A stretch of DNA of 64,000 bases from a candidate division WOR-3 bacterium (lineage in GTDB: Bacteria; Hydrothermota; Tepidihabitantia; Tepidihabitantales; Tepidihabitantaceae), in contig CBFGJX010000012.1 of the NCBI GenBank assembly GCA_965649225.1, forward strand, positions 9,119-73,118, written 5' to 3'. Made by a program: the position numbers and the translations under genes. This document shows, one piece after another, positions 1 to 8,474 of this stretch (positions within the stretch are counted from its first letter, which is position 1; every line of letters begins with the position of its first letter). The notes below the pieces were generated by a model, which was given only the letters and a program-made list of their open reading frames with translations, was not told where the DNA came from and made no database searches.

Positions 1-23
1 TGCTGGGGCGGTCGGCAGCGGGT

Positions 24-839
24 TCAGCCGGTTGAATCAGCGGCCGCCGGCATAAGACAGTGGACGAAACGGCTGATGGACAGGCAGTGGCCGCTGGAGC
101 GCTCGATTTCGATTACGACCCCGTTGAGCCGGCAGTCGTCCGTTGCCGCACGCAGTCGCAGCGGTACCATATCGATGATGCGGCGGAGTGAGGTTTCCCG
201 CGTCATCCCGAGCACGCCGTCGAATGAACCGCACATCCCGATGTCGCTGATGTAGCCGGTGCCGGCTGGCAGTATCCTTTCGTCCGCGGTCTGGACGTGA
301 GTATGGGTACCGACTACCGCCGACACCCGACCATCAAGGAACCAGCCCATAGCCTGTTTTTCGGCAGTTGCCTCGGCGTGGAAGTCGACAACGATGACCG
401 GGGTCCGGTGCTGCAGTTCGTCAAGCACCGGCAGCAGCCGGCGGAACGGGCAGTCGAGCGGCTTCATGAAAACCCGGCCGGCAACATTCACGACTGCGAC
501 CCGGCATTCGGGCAGCTCGAATACCGACCAGCCCCGGCCGGGAGCCTGAGGTGGATAGTTCAATGGCCGCAGCAGTCGCCGGTCGCCGCTCAAAAAGTCC
601 CAGATTTCCTTGCGGTCGAAGATGTGGTCACCGCTGGTGAGGCAGTCGATCCCGGCGGCGAACAACTCTTCGGCAATGGCGGGGGTGACGCCGTAACCGG
701 CGGCGGCATTTTCACAATTGGCGGCGACAAAATCCAGTTTGAGCTGCGTGCGCAATCCGGGCAGGTTTGCGGTGACGGCACGGCGGCCCGGTTCAGCGCA
801 AATGTCGCCAAGAAACAAAACCCGCAGAGTTTCACTCAT
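24..839 (-). CDS. ymdB: YmdB/TIGR00282-family metallophosphoesterase (2',3'-cyclic nucleotide phosphodiesterase)
   Basis: Motifs LFLGDI, NCENAA, TSGDH, DFHAEATAEK, GTHTHVQTAD; lies directly downstream of rny, the usual synteny. Confidence 0.92.
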   Translation of the reverse strand: MSETLRVLFLGDICAEPGRRAVTANLPGLRTQLKLDFVAANCENAAAGYGVTPAIAEELFAAGIDCLTSGDHIFDRKEIWDFLSGDRRLLRPLNYPPQAPGRGWSVFELPECRVAVVNVAGRVFMKPLDCPFRRLLPVLDELQHRTPVIVVDFHAEATAEKQAMGWFLDGRVSAVVGTHTHVQTADERILPAGTGYISDIGMCGSFDGVLGMTRETSLRRIIDMVPLRLRAATDDCRLNGVVIEIERSSGHCLSISRFVHCLMPAAADSTG

Positions 840-872
840 TGGCCTGTCGGCATCGGCACAGCCGGTCAGGAG

Positions 873-2450
873 TTAGCGGGCATAATCGACCGCCCGGGTC
901 TCGCGGATGACCATGACCTTGATTTGCCCGGGGTACTTCATCTCCGACTGGATCTGGGCCGCGACCTTTGCCGCCACTTCGCTGGTGCCGTCGTCCGATA
1001 CCTTTTCCGGTTCCACCAGCACCCGGATTTCACGGCCGGCCTGAATCGCGTAGGCTTTCTCAACGCCCGGAAAGGCAGCGGCGATTGCCTCGAGGTTTTC
1101 CACCCGCTTGATGTAGGTCTCGAAGCTTTCGCGGCGGGCGCCGGGTCGTGAGCCGGAGACGCTGTCGGCGGCTGCAACCAGGAAAGCGTAGGGCGACGCG
1201 AGCGGGACCTCTTCGTGGTGTGCTTCGATGGCGTTGACGACGGTCGGGTCTTCGCCAAAGCGACGGGCAAGGTCAGCACCGATGTGGGAGTGGGTGCCTT
1301 CGAGTGACTGATCGGCAGCCTTGCCGATGTCGTGCAGCAGGCCGGCACGTTTGGCCAGTTGTGGATCAAGTTCGAGTTCCTGAGCCATTAGCGAAGCGAG
1401 CAGTGCCACTTCCTTGCTGTGAAGCAGGACATTCTGGCCATAGCTGGTTCGGTATTTGAGCCGGCCGAGCAGGCGGGCGAGTTCGGCGTGCAGGCCGACG
1501 ACGCCGAGTTCCAGGACAACGGCCTCGCCGGTCTGCTTGATGATGGCATTCATTTCCTCGCGGGTGCGGGCAACGACTTCCTCGATGCGGGCCGGGTGGA
1601 TTCGTCCGTCGGTTACCAGTTTCTCCATCGCCAGTTTGGCGATTTCGCGGCGCACCGGGTCGAAGCCCGAGATAATGATCGCGCCTGGGGTGTCATCAAT
1701 CATCACTTCGACACCGGTGAGTGTTTCAAAGGTACGAATGTTGCGGCCTTCACGGCCGATAATGCGGCCTTTGAGTTCGTCGGAGGGCAGGTCAACCACC
1801 GAGACGGTCGTGTCAGCGGCGTGAGATACGGCACAACGCTGGATCGCGGCAACGATTATTTCCCGTGCCGCCTCTTCGGCGTGCTGGCGTGCCTCTTCTT
1901 TGATGTCCTTCACCAGCTGGGCGGCCTCGAGCCGGGCTTGGTTTTCCATGTTACGCAGGAGTTCCCGTTTTGCCTCTTCACTGGACAAGCCAGCGATTCG
2001 TTCCAGCCGGGCGTTTTCCTGAGCAATCAGCTGGTCCATCCTTTCAATCTTGGCGCGCAGCAGCTTTTCCCGGGCAGTGGCTTCCCGGTCACGGCGGATG
2101 AGGTCAGCTTCTTTCTGGGTCAGAATGCTGTCGCGCCGGATCTGAGATGCCTCGCGCTCGGCCAGTTTGGCCTCAAGCCGTTCCAGCTCGCGCCGGGTAG
2201 CGCCGGTCTGCGCTTCGAACTTGAGCTTTTCGCGGTACCTTTCTTCCTTGATTTCGTTTTCGGCGTCCTGACGCCGACGGCTGATTTCTTCACGGGCTTC
2301 AGCGAGCATTTTTTCCCGTTCGGCTTCAACCGTCCGGCGCAGCTGACGGGCAGCCCGGCGGGCAGTCAGCATGCCGATAGTGAAACCAATTCCGGCAAAG
2401 ACCAAGACAATAACAAATGGCAGAACCCAACCGATTCCATTAGGCAGCAT
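873..2450 (-). CDS. rny: Ribonuclease Y
   Basis: N-terminal TM helix, coiled coil, KH domain (KGRIIGREGRNIR), HD motif (LLHDIGK). Start moved to ATG 2450, which has an AGGAGG SD at 2455-2460. Confidence 0.96.
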   Translation of the reverse strand: MLPNGIGWVLPFVIVLVFAGIGFTIGMLTARRAARQLRRTVEAEREKMLAEAREEISRRRQDAENEIKEERYREKLKFEAQTGATRRELERLEAKLAEREASQIRRDSILTQKEADLIRRDREATAREKLLRAKIERMDQLIAQENARLERIAGLSSEEAKRELLRNMENQARLEAAQLVKDIKEEARQHAEEAAREIIVAAIQRCAVSHAADTTVSVVDLPSDELKGRIIGREGRNIRTFETLTGVEVMIDDTPGAIIISGFDPVRREIAKLAMEKLVTDGRIHPARIEEVVARTREEMNAIIKQTGEAVVLELGVVGLHAELARLLGRLKYRTSYGQNVLLHSKEVALLASLMAQELELDPQLAKRAGLLHDIGKAADQSLEGTHSHIGADLARRFGEDPTVVNAIEAHHEEVPLASPYAFLVAAADSVSGSRPGARRESFETYIKRVENLEAIAAAFPGVEKAYAIQAGREIRVLVEPEKVSDDGTSEVAAKVAAQIQSEMKYPGQIKVMVIRETRAVDYAR

Positions 2451-2472
2451 AGTGCCTCCTGTCAAAACAATA

Positions 2473-2643
2473 CCCCGCGAGTGCCGTGTAGTGGCAAGTC
2501 TCTGAACCAAGAATACAGGTGGGCGCCTTCTGGCCAGGTTCGCGCCAGCTGTTGCCAGCCGGCGTTCCGCTGGTCTATGTCAGCACCCGGTTCTCGGGTG
2601 TTGGCTCAAGACTCAGCCGGCTATCACGAACACCGCAGGGAGC
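2473..2643 (-). ncRNA. ssrS: 6S RNA
   Basis: About 170 nt between zapA and rny. Complementary ends (CCCTGCGGTGTTCGTG ... CACGGCACTCGCGGGG) and TCTTGAGCCAA / CCCACCTG / GGTTCAGAG segments fit the 6S rod; zapA-6S-rny synteny is well known. Confidence 0.88.
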
Positions 2644-2907
2644 CTAACGAGCAGAATTCAGCTTCTCAATGAGCCGGTCCAGCCGGTGTGATATTTCTTC
2701 GGAGCTGATCCGGCTGGTACCGAGATGTTCGTCCAGCAGACTCAGACAGGCCAGGACCGCTGTGCGGGTGGCCGTCGGTGGCCGGAACTGGGCGTCAATC
2801 TCACGCATTCTCGTATCAATCAGACCGGCGATTTCCTGCACCCGACCCGGATCGTCGGTCCGGACATTGTATTCACTGCCGAAAACCTTAACCGTAACAG
2901 ACTTCAT
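2644..2907 (-). CDS. zapA: Cell division protein ZapA
   Basis: MKSVTVKVFGSEYNV...IDTRMREI...AVLACLSLLDE pattern; start ATG 2907; synteny with 6S/rny. Confidence 0.85.
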   Translation of the reverse strand: MKSVTVKVFGSEYNVRTDDPGRVQEIAGLIDTRMREIDAQFRPPTATRTAVLACLSLLDEHLGTSRISSEEISHRLDRLIEKLNSAR

Positions 2908-2926
2908 TGGCTCCCGTCGCACTACT

Positions 2927-3133
2927 CTATGACGGGGAGTCAAGCTTGTCAATCAGGGAGTCCAGACGGTTTTCGAGCTCGCGGCGGATGCAGGCGGCCT
3001 CGGCCAGCCGGGCGGCAAGTTCGGCCTTTTCCTTCTTGAGCCGGGCCACGAGCTCAAGTACTGATGAAACCTGCTGCTCGAGTTGGCGCAGCCGGGCCTC
3101 GATTCCGTCCGGAGATTGCGGATGCTGTTTCAT
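2927..3133 (-). CDS. zapB: Small coiled-coil protein, ZapB-like
   Basis: About 68-aa heptad-repeat protein (LEQQVSSVLELVARLKKEK) immediately upstream of zapA. Confidence 0.65.
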   Translation of the reverse strand: MKQHPQSPDGIEARLRQLEQQVSSVLELVARLKKEKAELAARLAEAACIRRELENRLDSLIDKLDSPS

Positions 3134-3138
3134 CCCGG

Positions 3139-3945
3139 TCAATGGGGTACCAATCGGAGCCCTTGAACCCGCTGAAAGCGGCAGATTACCTTGAGCCAGC
3201 CTTCAGGGGCAGTGATGGCACAAGCCTCGATTCGGGCGTAGTAGCCGTCGTGCGTGCGGCAGCCGATTGCGCAGGGGATGCGGACAAGATCGGAGTAGTT
3301 GAACCAGTAGAGCGATGAATAGGGCGGCAGAGCGGCGGTGTCGAGCGCCATCGGGTCGGTGAATTCAGTTGAACGCCAGTCGGCACTGGATACGCCGCCA
3401 CCCGGGTCGGCCGGTGCCATGTCCGGGCTGGCAATCGAATAGGGCGGTTGCGGGACTCTGCCGGCGTGGAAGTCGGTGATGTAGAGGTCGACGGCGGCAG
3501 CCGAACCGGAACGGTTCATCGGCAGACTGCGTGCCCGGCCGGTTGTGCGGTCCCAACCCAGGCCCGAGTTGCCCGAAGAGTTCAGTTCCGCCAGCACAAT
3601 CGTATCGGTAGTAACGGGTATTGTTGACGGTTCTGTCACGGCGACGTGACGCTCGTCACCGTAGCGGGCGCTGACCCGGTAATCGCCGGTCCGACCCTGC
3701 GGGTCATGGACGAACAGATTGAGGCTGGTTTCGCCGACAAGTACAAAGGCTGTTTCGCCAGCGGGACGAAACCAGACTTCATACCCGTCCGGTGTTTCGG
3801 CAGCCGGTATGCTCCAGATGACCTTGACCGTGCTGTCGCTCGCAGCGGTGAGCCGGACGTTGAATGGCCGGCGTTGATCGCGCCCGCAGCTCAGAGTTAG
3901 AGCAGTGAGCAGCGTCAGTGTCGTGCCGGCGACTAACGGTCGCAT
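3139..3945 (-). CDS. Lipoprotein, FN3-like + HmuY-like domains (paralog 3)
   Basis: Lipobox LTLSC; AASDSTVKVIW...YEVWFRP FN3-like strand pattern; clearly homologous to the two upstream ORFs; start trimmed to ATG 3945. Confidence 0.75.
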   Translation of the reverse strand: MRPLVAGTTLTLLTALTLSCGRDQRRPFNVRLTAASDSTVKVIWSIPAAETPDGYEVWFRPAGETAFVLVGETSLNLFVHDPQGRTGDYRVSARYGDERHVAVTEPSTIPVTTDTIVLAELNSSGNSGLGWDRTTGRARSLPMNRSGSAAAVDLYITDFHAGRVPQPPYSIASPDMAPADPGGGVSSADWRSTEFTDPMALDTAALPPYSSLYWFNYSDLVRIPCAIGCRTHDGYYARIEACAITAPEGWLKVICRFQRVQGLRLVPH

Positions 3946-3956
3946 TGCTGACTTTG

Positions 3957-4805
3957 CTACCGGCGATGCCGGATGAGGCGCAGGCCGGGTACAAGCTGAA
4001 ACCACGTCTCCAGCCGGCACGTGCCGGTGACCGCGTTGACTTCGTGGACCTTGACAAGCGCGTAGTGCCGTGGGTCCTCGCCGGCAGTGTAGACCGCAAT
4101 CAGTGCTGGCAGCTGCGACAGCTCGGTGTAGATGAAGTAATTTGGTGGCGAAGGACGGAATGCCGGCAACGGGCTGTCTTCGTCGGCAAGGAGATTGGAG
4201 AAACCGTTACGCCGCCACTGGGCGCTGGGTACGATGCCAACTGCTCCAAGGTCGATCGATTCGGCCTTGTCCGGGCTGACCAGGGCGTAGGGCGAGCGGT
4301 TGTGGCCGGGCTGGAAGTCCGAAACGTAAAAATCGACGGCGCCGGCGCTGGCCGTCTGAGTCATCGAGAAGTAACCGCCGATGCCGGAGTCGCGTTGCCA
4401 GCCATAGGCACAGCGGCTGCTGTCGGCGTTGAGCTCAAACAACGTCAGGGTATCGCCGTGGACCGGCACTGTTGTCGGTCGATCCTTGCCATCATAGCTG
4501 TCGCTGCCGAAAACTGCCGTGACCCGATAAGTCCCGGTGTAGCCGTTCGGGTTGTGTATGTAGGAGGTGGCGGTGGTTTCGCCAATGAAGGTGAAGGTTG
4601 TTTCTCCGACGGGCCTGAAGTAGATAAGATAGTTGTCGGCAGTTCCTTCGATCGGGGCGGTCCAGACAATCTGGACGGTCGAGTCGGTGGCAGAACCAAC
4701 CTGGACGTTCAGCGGCGGGCCGCCGAGAACACCGCAACCAGCAATCAGGATTGCAATAATGGCGGCGCCGGCACTCAGCACAGCAAGTGAAACAGTTCTT
4801 TTCAC
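3957..4805 (-). CDS. Lipoprotein, FN3-like + HmuY-like domains (paralog 2)
   Basis: GTG start with GGAGG SD; lipobox LIAGC; SATDSTVQIVWTAPIEG; C-terminal WFQLVPGLRLIRH. Confidence 0.8.
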   Translation of the reverse strand: MKRTVSLAVLSAGAAIIAILIAGCGVLGGPPLNVQVGSATDSTVQIVWTAPIEGTADNYLIYFRPVGETTFTFIGETTATSYIHNPNGYTGTYRVTAVFGSDSYDGKDRPTTVPVHGDTLTLFELNADSSRCAYGWQRDSGIGGYFSMTQTASAGAVDFYVSDFQPGHNRSPYALVSPDKAESIDLGAVGIVPSAQWRRNGFSNLLADEDSPLPAFRPSPPNYFIYTELSQLPALIAVYTAGEDPRHYALVKVHEVNAVTGTCRLETWFQLVPGLRLIRHRR

Positions 4806-4856
4806 GTCAGACCTCCTCAGGCCAATGATGTGGTTCGCTTCACGGCCACTGGCGAG

Positions 4857-4885
4857 AGGCTAGTGGGGTGCGCCTGCAATGTCAA
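4857..4885 (-). promoter_or_regulatory. Putative sigma70 promoter for lipoprotein paralog 2 and downstream genes
   Basis: TTGACA-N17-TAGCCT, just past the terminator of paralog 1. Confidence 0.55.
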
Positions 4886-4890
4886 GACGC

Positions 4891-4924
4891 AAAAAACTGG
4901 CCCCGGCAATCTGCCGGGGCCAGT
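4891..4924 (-). terminator. Intrinsic terminator after lipoprotein paralog 1
   Basis: Perfect 13-bp stem ACTGGCCCCGGCA/TGCCGGGGCCAGT followed by a T run on the minus strand. Confidence 0.85.
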
Positions 4925-4937
4925 GGAAAGAATTCGA

Positions 4938-5756
4938 TCAGTGCTGAATCAGCCGGAGTCCCTTTATCGTCTGGAACCAGGACTGAACCTGGACGGTGCC
5001 ATTGCCGTAATTGTAGCCGGAAAGCTTGACAAGCGCGTAGTAGTCGTCGGCGTTGGTGTGGCAGCCGACCAGCACCGGGTCAGACGAGAGCTCGGTATAG
5101 TTGAAGTACACGGTCGGCGAGTGGGCGGGAAGTGGTGCGTTTTCGTCCGTAAGGGGATTGGTGAAACCGTTGACGCGCCATGAACCGGCTGGCACCACTG
5201 CGCCCGGGTCGCTTGGACCAAGGTCCGGGCTGGCGATGTGGTACGGCGTGCTGGATGAATTGGCGGCGAAGTTCGTGATATAGAAGTCGACACTGGCGGC
5301 ATTGCTGGCCTGAGTCATTGAGTAGGTCGAGGCAGTGCCAGTGGAACGAGCCCAGCCGTAACCGGAGTTACCGGCGGCGTTCAACTCGGAGACCGAGGTG
5401 GCCGCATTGGCGACCGGTGCGGAGCTGGGAATGGTGAGGGCTTCGTACTCGGTGCCGCCAAAGTCGGAGGCAACCTTGTACTTGCCGGTCTTGCCGGCCG
5501 GGTCGTGGGTATAGGTGGTCGAAGTCGGCTCGCCGAGTTTGGTATAGGTCGAGGTCCCGGTTGCCATGAAGTACACGACGTACTTGTCGGGTGTGCCTTC
5601 GATTGGAGCGTCCCAAGTGATCTTGACCGTGCTGTCGGTAGCAGCCTCCAGCTTGACGTTGATCGGTGCTCCGCCGGAAATGACGTCGCACTGCACCAGC
5701 AGCAGGGCGGGCAGAGCCAGCAGGCCGATCGCAAGAATGCTCAGTAGTTTTTTCAT
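4938..5756 (-). CDS. Lipoprotein, FN3-like + HmuY-like domains (paralog 1)
   Basis: GGAGG SD; signal peptide ending LLVQC; AATDSTVKITWDAPIEG; C-terminal YYALVKL...WFQTIKGLRLIQH. Confidence 0.82.
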   Translation of the reverse strand: MKKLLSILAIGLLALPALLLVQCDVISGGAPINVKLEAATDSTVKITWDAPIEGTPDKYVVYFMATGTSTYTKLGEPTSTTYTHDPAGKTGKYKVASDFGGTEYEALTIPSSAPVANAATSVSELNAAGNSGYGWARSTGTASTYSMTQASNAASVDFYITNFAANSSSTPYHIASPDLGPSDPGAVVPAGSWRVNGFTNPLTDENAPLPAHSPTVYFNYTELSSDPVLVGCHTNADDYYALVKLSGYNYGNGTVQVQSWFQTIKGLRLIQH

Positions 5757-5772
5757 TTATCCTCCCTTGGGA

Positions 5773-6060
5773 CTAGCGCCCGGTACGCGGCGGCTTGCCT
5801 GTCGGCGCCGGCTGAGTGCCACCCGGCTGCTTGGCCGGAGCCTTGGCGGGAGCGACCGGTTTCTTGGCTTCCATCTCCTTTATCACGCCGGCCAGTGAGT
5901 CGCGCTCGGCGGTCAGCTTCGCGACCTGGCCTTCCAGTTCGGTGATTTGCTGGGTCTTCTGGTCAAGCTGGCCCTGCAGCTCGGTTACCTTCTTGGTGTC
6001 CTGGCAACCGATGAGAGCCACTATGGCGACCAGCGTCACAGCGGTCAGTGCCTTCTTCAC
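5773..6060 (-). CDS. Small coiled-coil lipoprotein with a Pro/Ala/Lys-rich tail
   Basis: AAGGAGG SD, GTG start, lipobox LIGC, heptad repeats, KKPVAPAKAPAK tail. Confidence 0.8.
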   Translation of the reverse strand: MKKALTAVTLVAIVALIGCQDTKKVTELQGQLDQKTQQITELEGQVAKLTAERDSLAGVIKEMEAKKPVAPAKAPAKQPGGTQPAPTGKPPRTGR

Positions 6061-6191
6061 TGCATCCTCCTTTTTGCCGGGGTGAACCCGGCATCTGCAA
6101 TTCTTGAGTCATCCTGGTGCTTCGGACCGCAGCCCGAGCACCCGCAAGTTACCCTAACAAAAGCGACAATCGAACTATCGACTGTCGGGAG

Positions 6192-6219
6192 ATTGTATGG
6201 CATGACACTGCAATGTCAA
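6192..6219 (-). promoter_or_regulatory. sigma70 promoter of the lipoprotein operon
   Basis: TTGACA-N16-TACAAT. Confidence 0.75.
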
Positions 6220-6268
6220 TAGCCAGAGAGAGTTACAATCCCGGGCGTCCGGTTATTCCGTTGCTTGC

Positions 6269-6296
6269 TTGACCGCGAGGGCCGTCTGGCTAGTTT
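6269..6296 (+). promoter_or_regulatory. sigma70 promoter, probably leaderless transcript
   Basis: TTGACC-N16-TAGTTT, 7 nt before ATG 6304, no SD. Confidence 0.6.
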
Positions 6297-6303
6297 TCAA
6301 GTG

Positions 6304-7230
6304 ATGACAATGCTGCTGACTAACTGTGAAGGACGATCGGGGGTCGTGGCGGCGCAGACGGTACTTGCAGAGGGGGGCAGCGCTTTGGACGCAGTTGAAG
6401 CCGGTATCCGGGTCGTCGAAAGCGATGAATCGGTGGATTCGGTCGGCCGTGGCGGTACGCCGGACGTCCTTGGCACGATGGCCTGTGATGCGGCAGTGAT
6501 GGATGGCACAACACTTGAAGCCGGGGCGGTCGGGGCGCTTGCGGGTTTCCTTCATCCGGTATCAGTTGCGCGGGAAGTGATGCGGCGTCTACCCCACGTT
6601 TTGCTGGTTGGCGATGGTGCGGCGAGGTTTGCAGCGGAAACCGGGGCCGAACGGGGAGAACTTCTGACTGAGCGGGCACGGGAAGAGTATCGGCGCTGGC
6701 TGGAAACGGAACTCAGTCAAACCGAACGCAGGAAACTGACACAGGGCCGGCTGATTGATGCAGTCTGGGCCGCCGCCCGCTACGTCACCAGTCGCGGTAC
6801 AGTTGTGTTCCTTTGTCGGGACCGGCAGGGCAACATTGCCGCCGGGACAAGCACATCGGGCTGGGCTTACCGCTATCCCGGCCGGCTGGGCGATTCGCCG
6901 ATTGTCGGCGCCGGCTTGTATGCTGACTCGCGCTACGGCGCCTGTGGCTGCACCCATGCCGGTGAGATGACAATTCGCTGCGCGACCGCACGCTCGGTCG
7001 TGCAGTACCTCAAGAGCGGCATGGATGTGCGAGAGGCGTGTGGTGCGGCAATTCAGGACCTGCGGGAACTGCGGGGCGGCTATCTGGGCCAGGTGATGAT
7101 TCACGCAATCGACCGTGCCGGCAATCCGTGGGTGATGAGTACGCATGACCTCGGCGAAAAGCGCAACGCCTACTACTGGGGTGAAGGACAGGAAGTGCGC
7201 CGGCTCAGAGCCGAGGTGCCAAAAACCTGA
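6304..7230 (+). CDS. Isoaspartyl peptidase/glycosylasparaginase (Ntn-hydrolase, asparaginase-2 family)
   Basis: SALDAVEAG, SVGRGG, DAAVMDG, nucleophile Thr in RGTV, GTSTSG, GRLGDSPIVGAG. Confidence 0.9.
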   Translation: MTMLLTNCEGRSGVVAAQTVLAEGGSALDAVEAGIRVVESDESVDSVGRGGTPDVLGTMACDAAVMDGTTLEAGAVGALAGFLHPVSVAREVMRRLPHVLLVGDGAARFAAETGAERGELLTERAREEYRRWLETELSQTERRKLTQGRLIDAVWAAARYVTSRGTVVFLCRDRQGNIAAGTSTSGWAYRYPGRLGDSPIVGAGLYADSRYGACGCTHAGEMTIRCATARSVVQYLKSGMDVREACGAAIQDLRELRGGYLGQVMIHAIDRAGNPWVMSTHDLGEKRNAYYWGEGQEVRRLRAEVPKT

Positions 7231-7252
7231 CAAACCAAGTGCAGGTGCTGGC

Positions 7253-7280
7253 TTGACGCGACCGAGACGAGAAATATCCT
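7253..7280 (+). promoter_or_regulatory. sigma70 promoter, leaderless transcript
   Basis: TTGACG-N16-TATCCT, 6 nt before ATG 7287, no SD. Confidence 0.7.
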
Positions 7281-7286
7281 GACGCG

Positions 7287-8471
7287 ATGATCTGCGTTTA
7301 TGAGGAAGAGGGCCTTGAGCGTTTGTCGCCGCTCGTTGACCTGCGGCCGGTGTTCGACCTGCGCTGCGGTCGGTTCACGCTGCTGGAGAAGATTAAGCAG
7401 TTGTATCCAAGAGAGCGATTGCTGCTCTGGGTGAGGCCGGAATTGGCCGAAGTTACCTTGGAACGACACCCGGATTGCCGTGTCAACGGCGCGGCGAAAG
7501 GGGTCAGGTTGTTTTTGTCCGGCCGCGCCATCTTTGCCGAGTCGGTGGCGCCAGCCGGGCCGGATTCGGTGCTGTTGGCCGGCGAGGAAGTCGTGGGTTT
7601 TCGCGTGTCGGCCGGGCAGGTGGAGAAGATCGAATCAGTTGCTGGTCTGCGGACGGCCCTCGCCGAACAACCGGTGAAGGCACGGGTTATACACTGGCCC
7701 TGGGATTTGGTGGAGTTGACTCCTTCAGAACTGGAAAGAGAGATTCCGAAGTCCAGGACGCAGCAGCCGAAACCGGACAAAGGAGCAGTCGTGCTGGGTC
7801 GTGGGCGGCTGGTGATGGCGCGGGGCGCACGAGTGTGGCCGGGCGCAACTGTCAGCACCGAGACCGGGCCGGTGATGCTGGATGAAAACGCTCAGGTGCG
7901 ACCGGGGAGTTTCGTCGAAGGACCCTGCTATGTCGGTCCCGGTACGCTGATCGATGGCGCGCGGGTGCGCCCGGGCTGCAGTTTTGGTCCGCAGTGCCGG
8001 GTCGGGGGCGAGGTCGAGGCGAGCGTGTTTCAAGGCTATGCCAACAAGCATCACGACGGGTTCATCGGGCACAGCTTCGTGGGCGAATGGGTAAATCTCG
8101 GGGCACTGACTACTAACTCGGATTTGAAAAATACCTACGAAAACGTCACGGTCTTTTTCCGGGACGGAGTGGTGGATACCGGGCTGGTCAAGGTGGGCGC
8201 TTTTTTCGGCGACCATGCCAAGAGCGCAATCGGGTCACTGTTCAATACCGGCTGCCGGGTCGGTATTTTTGCCAACTGGTTCGAGCCGGGATTGGCCCGC
8301 AAGGAGCTGGCGCCGTTTTCGTGGGGGCGGCACGGGGTCTGGTCGGAAGCAGCGGCAGTAATGAATGCCCGGACGGTGATGGCGCGGCGGGGAGTGAAGA
8401 TGAGTGATGGGTTGGAGAAGCTGATTCGGTTGCGGTATCGCGAGAGCGTTCGCAGCAAGGGCAAGGACTGA
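7287..8471 (+). CDS. GlmU-related putative sugar nucleotidyltransferase/acetyltransferase with a left-handed beta-helix
   Basis: LSPLVDLRPVFDLRCG N-terminus; hexapeptide repeats; NKHHDGFIGHSFVGEWVNLGA...TNSDLKN. Confidence 0.85.
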   Translation: MICVYEEEGLERLSPLVDLRPVFDLRCGRFTLLEKIKQLYPRERLLLWVRPELAEVTLERHPDCRVNGAAKGVRLFLSGRAIFAESVAPAGPDSVLLAGEEVVGFRVSAGQVEKIESVAGLRTALAEQPVKARVIHWPWDLVELTPSELEREIPKSRTQQPKPDKGAVVLGRGRLVMARGARVWPGATVSTETGPVMLDENAQVRPGSFVEGPCYVGPGTLIDGARVRPGCSFGPQCRVGGEVEASVFQGYANKHHDGFIGHSFVGEWVNLGALTTNSDLKNTYENVTVFFRDGVVDTGLVKVGAFFGDHAKSAIGSLFNTGCRVGIFANWFEPGLARKELAPFSWGRHGVWSEAAAVMNARTVMARRGVKMSDGLEKLIRLRYRESVRSKGKD

Positions 8472-8474
8472 TTG

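Noticed and set aside
297..2672. Long + strand ORFs antisense to ymdB and rny (similar ones at 13362-14651, 24789-25883, 56130-57839, 58706-59803)
   Set aside because: Shadow ORFs expected opposite real genes in high-GC DNA; no motifs or SDs
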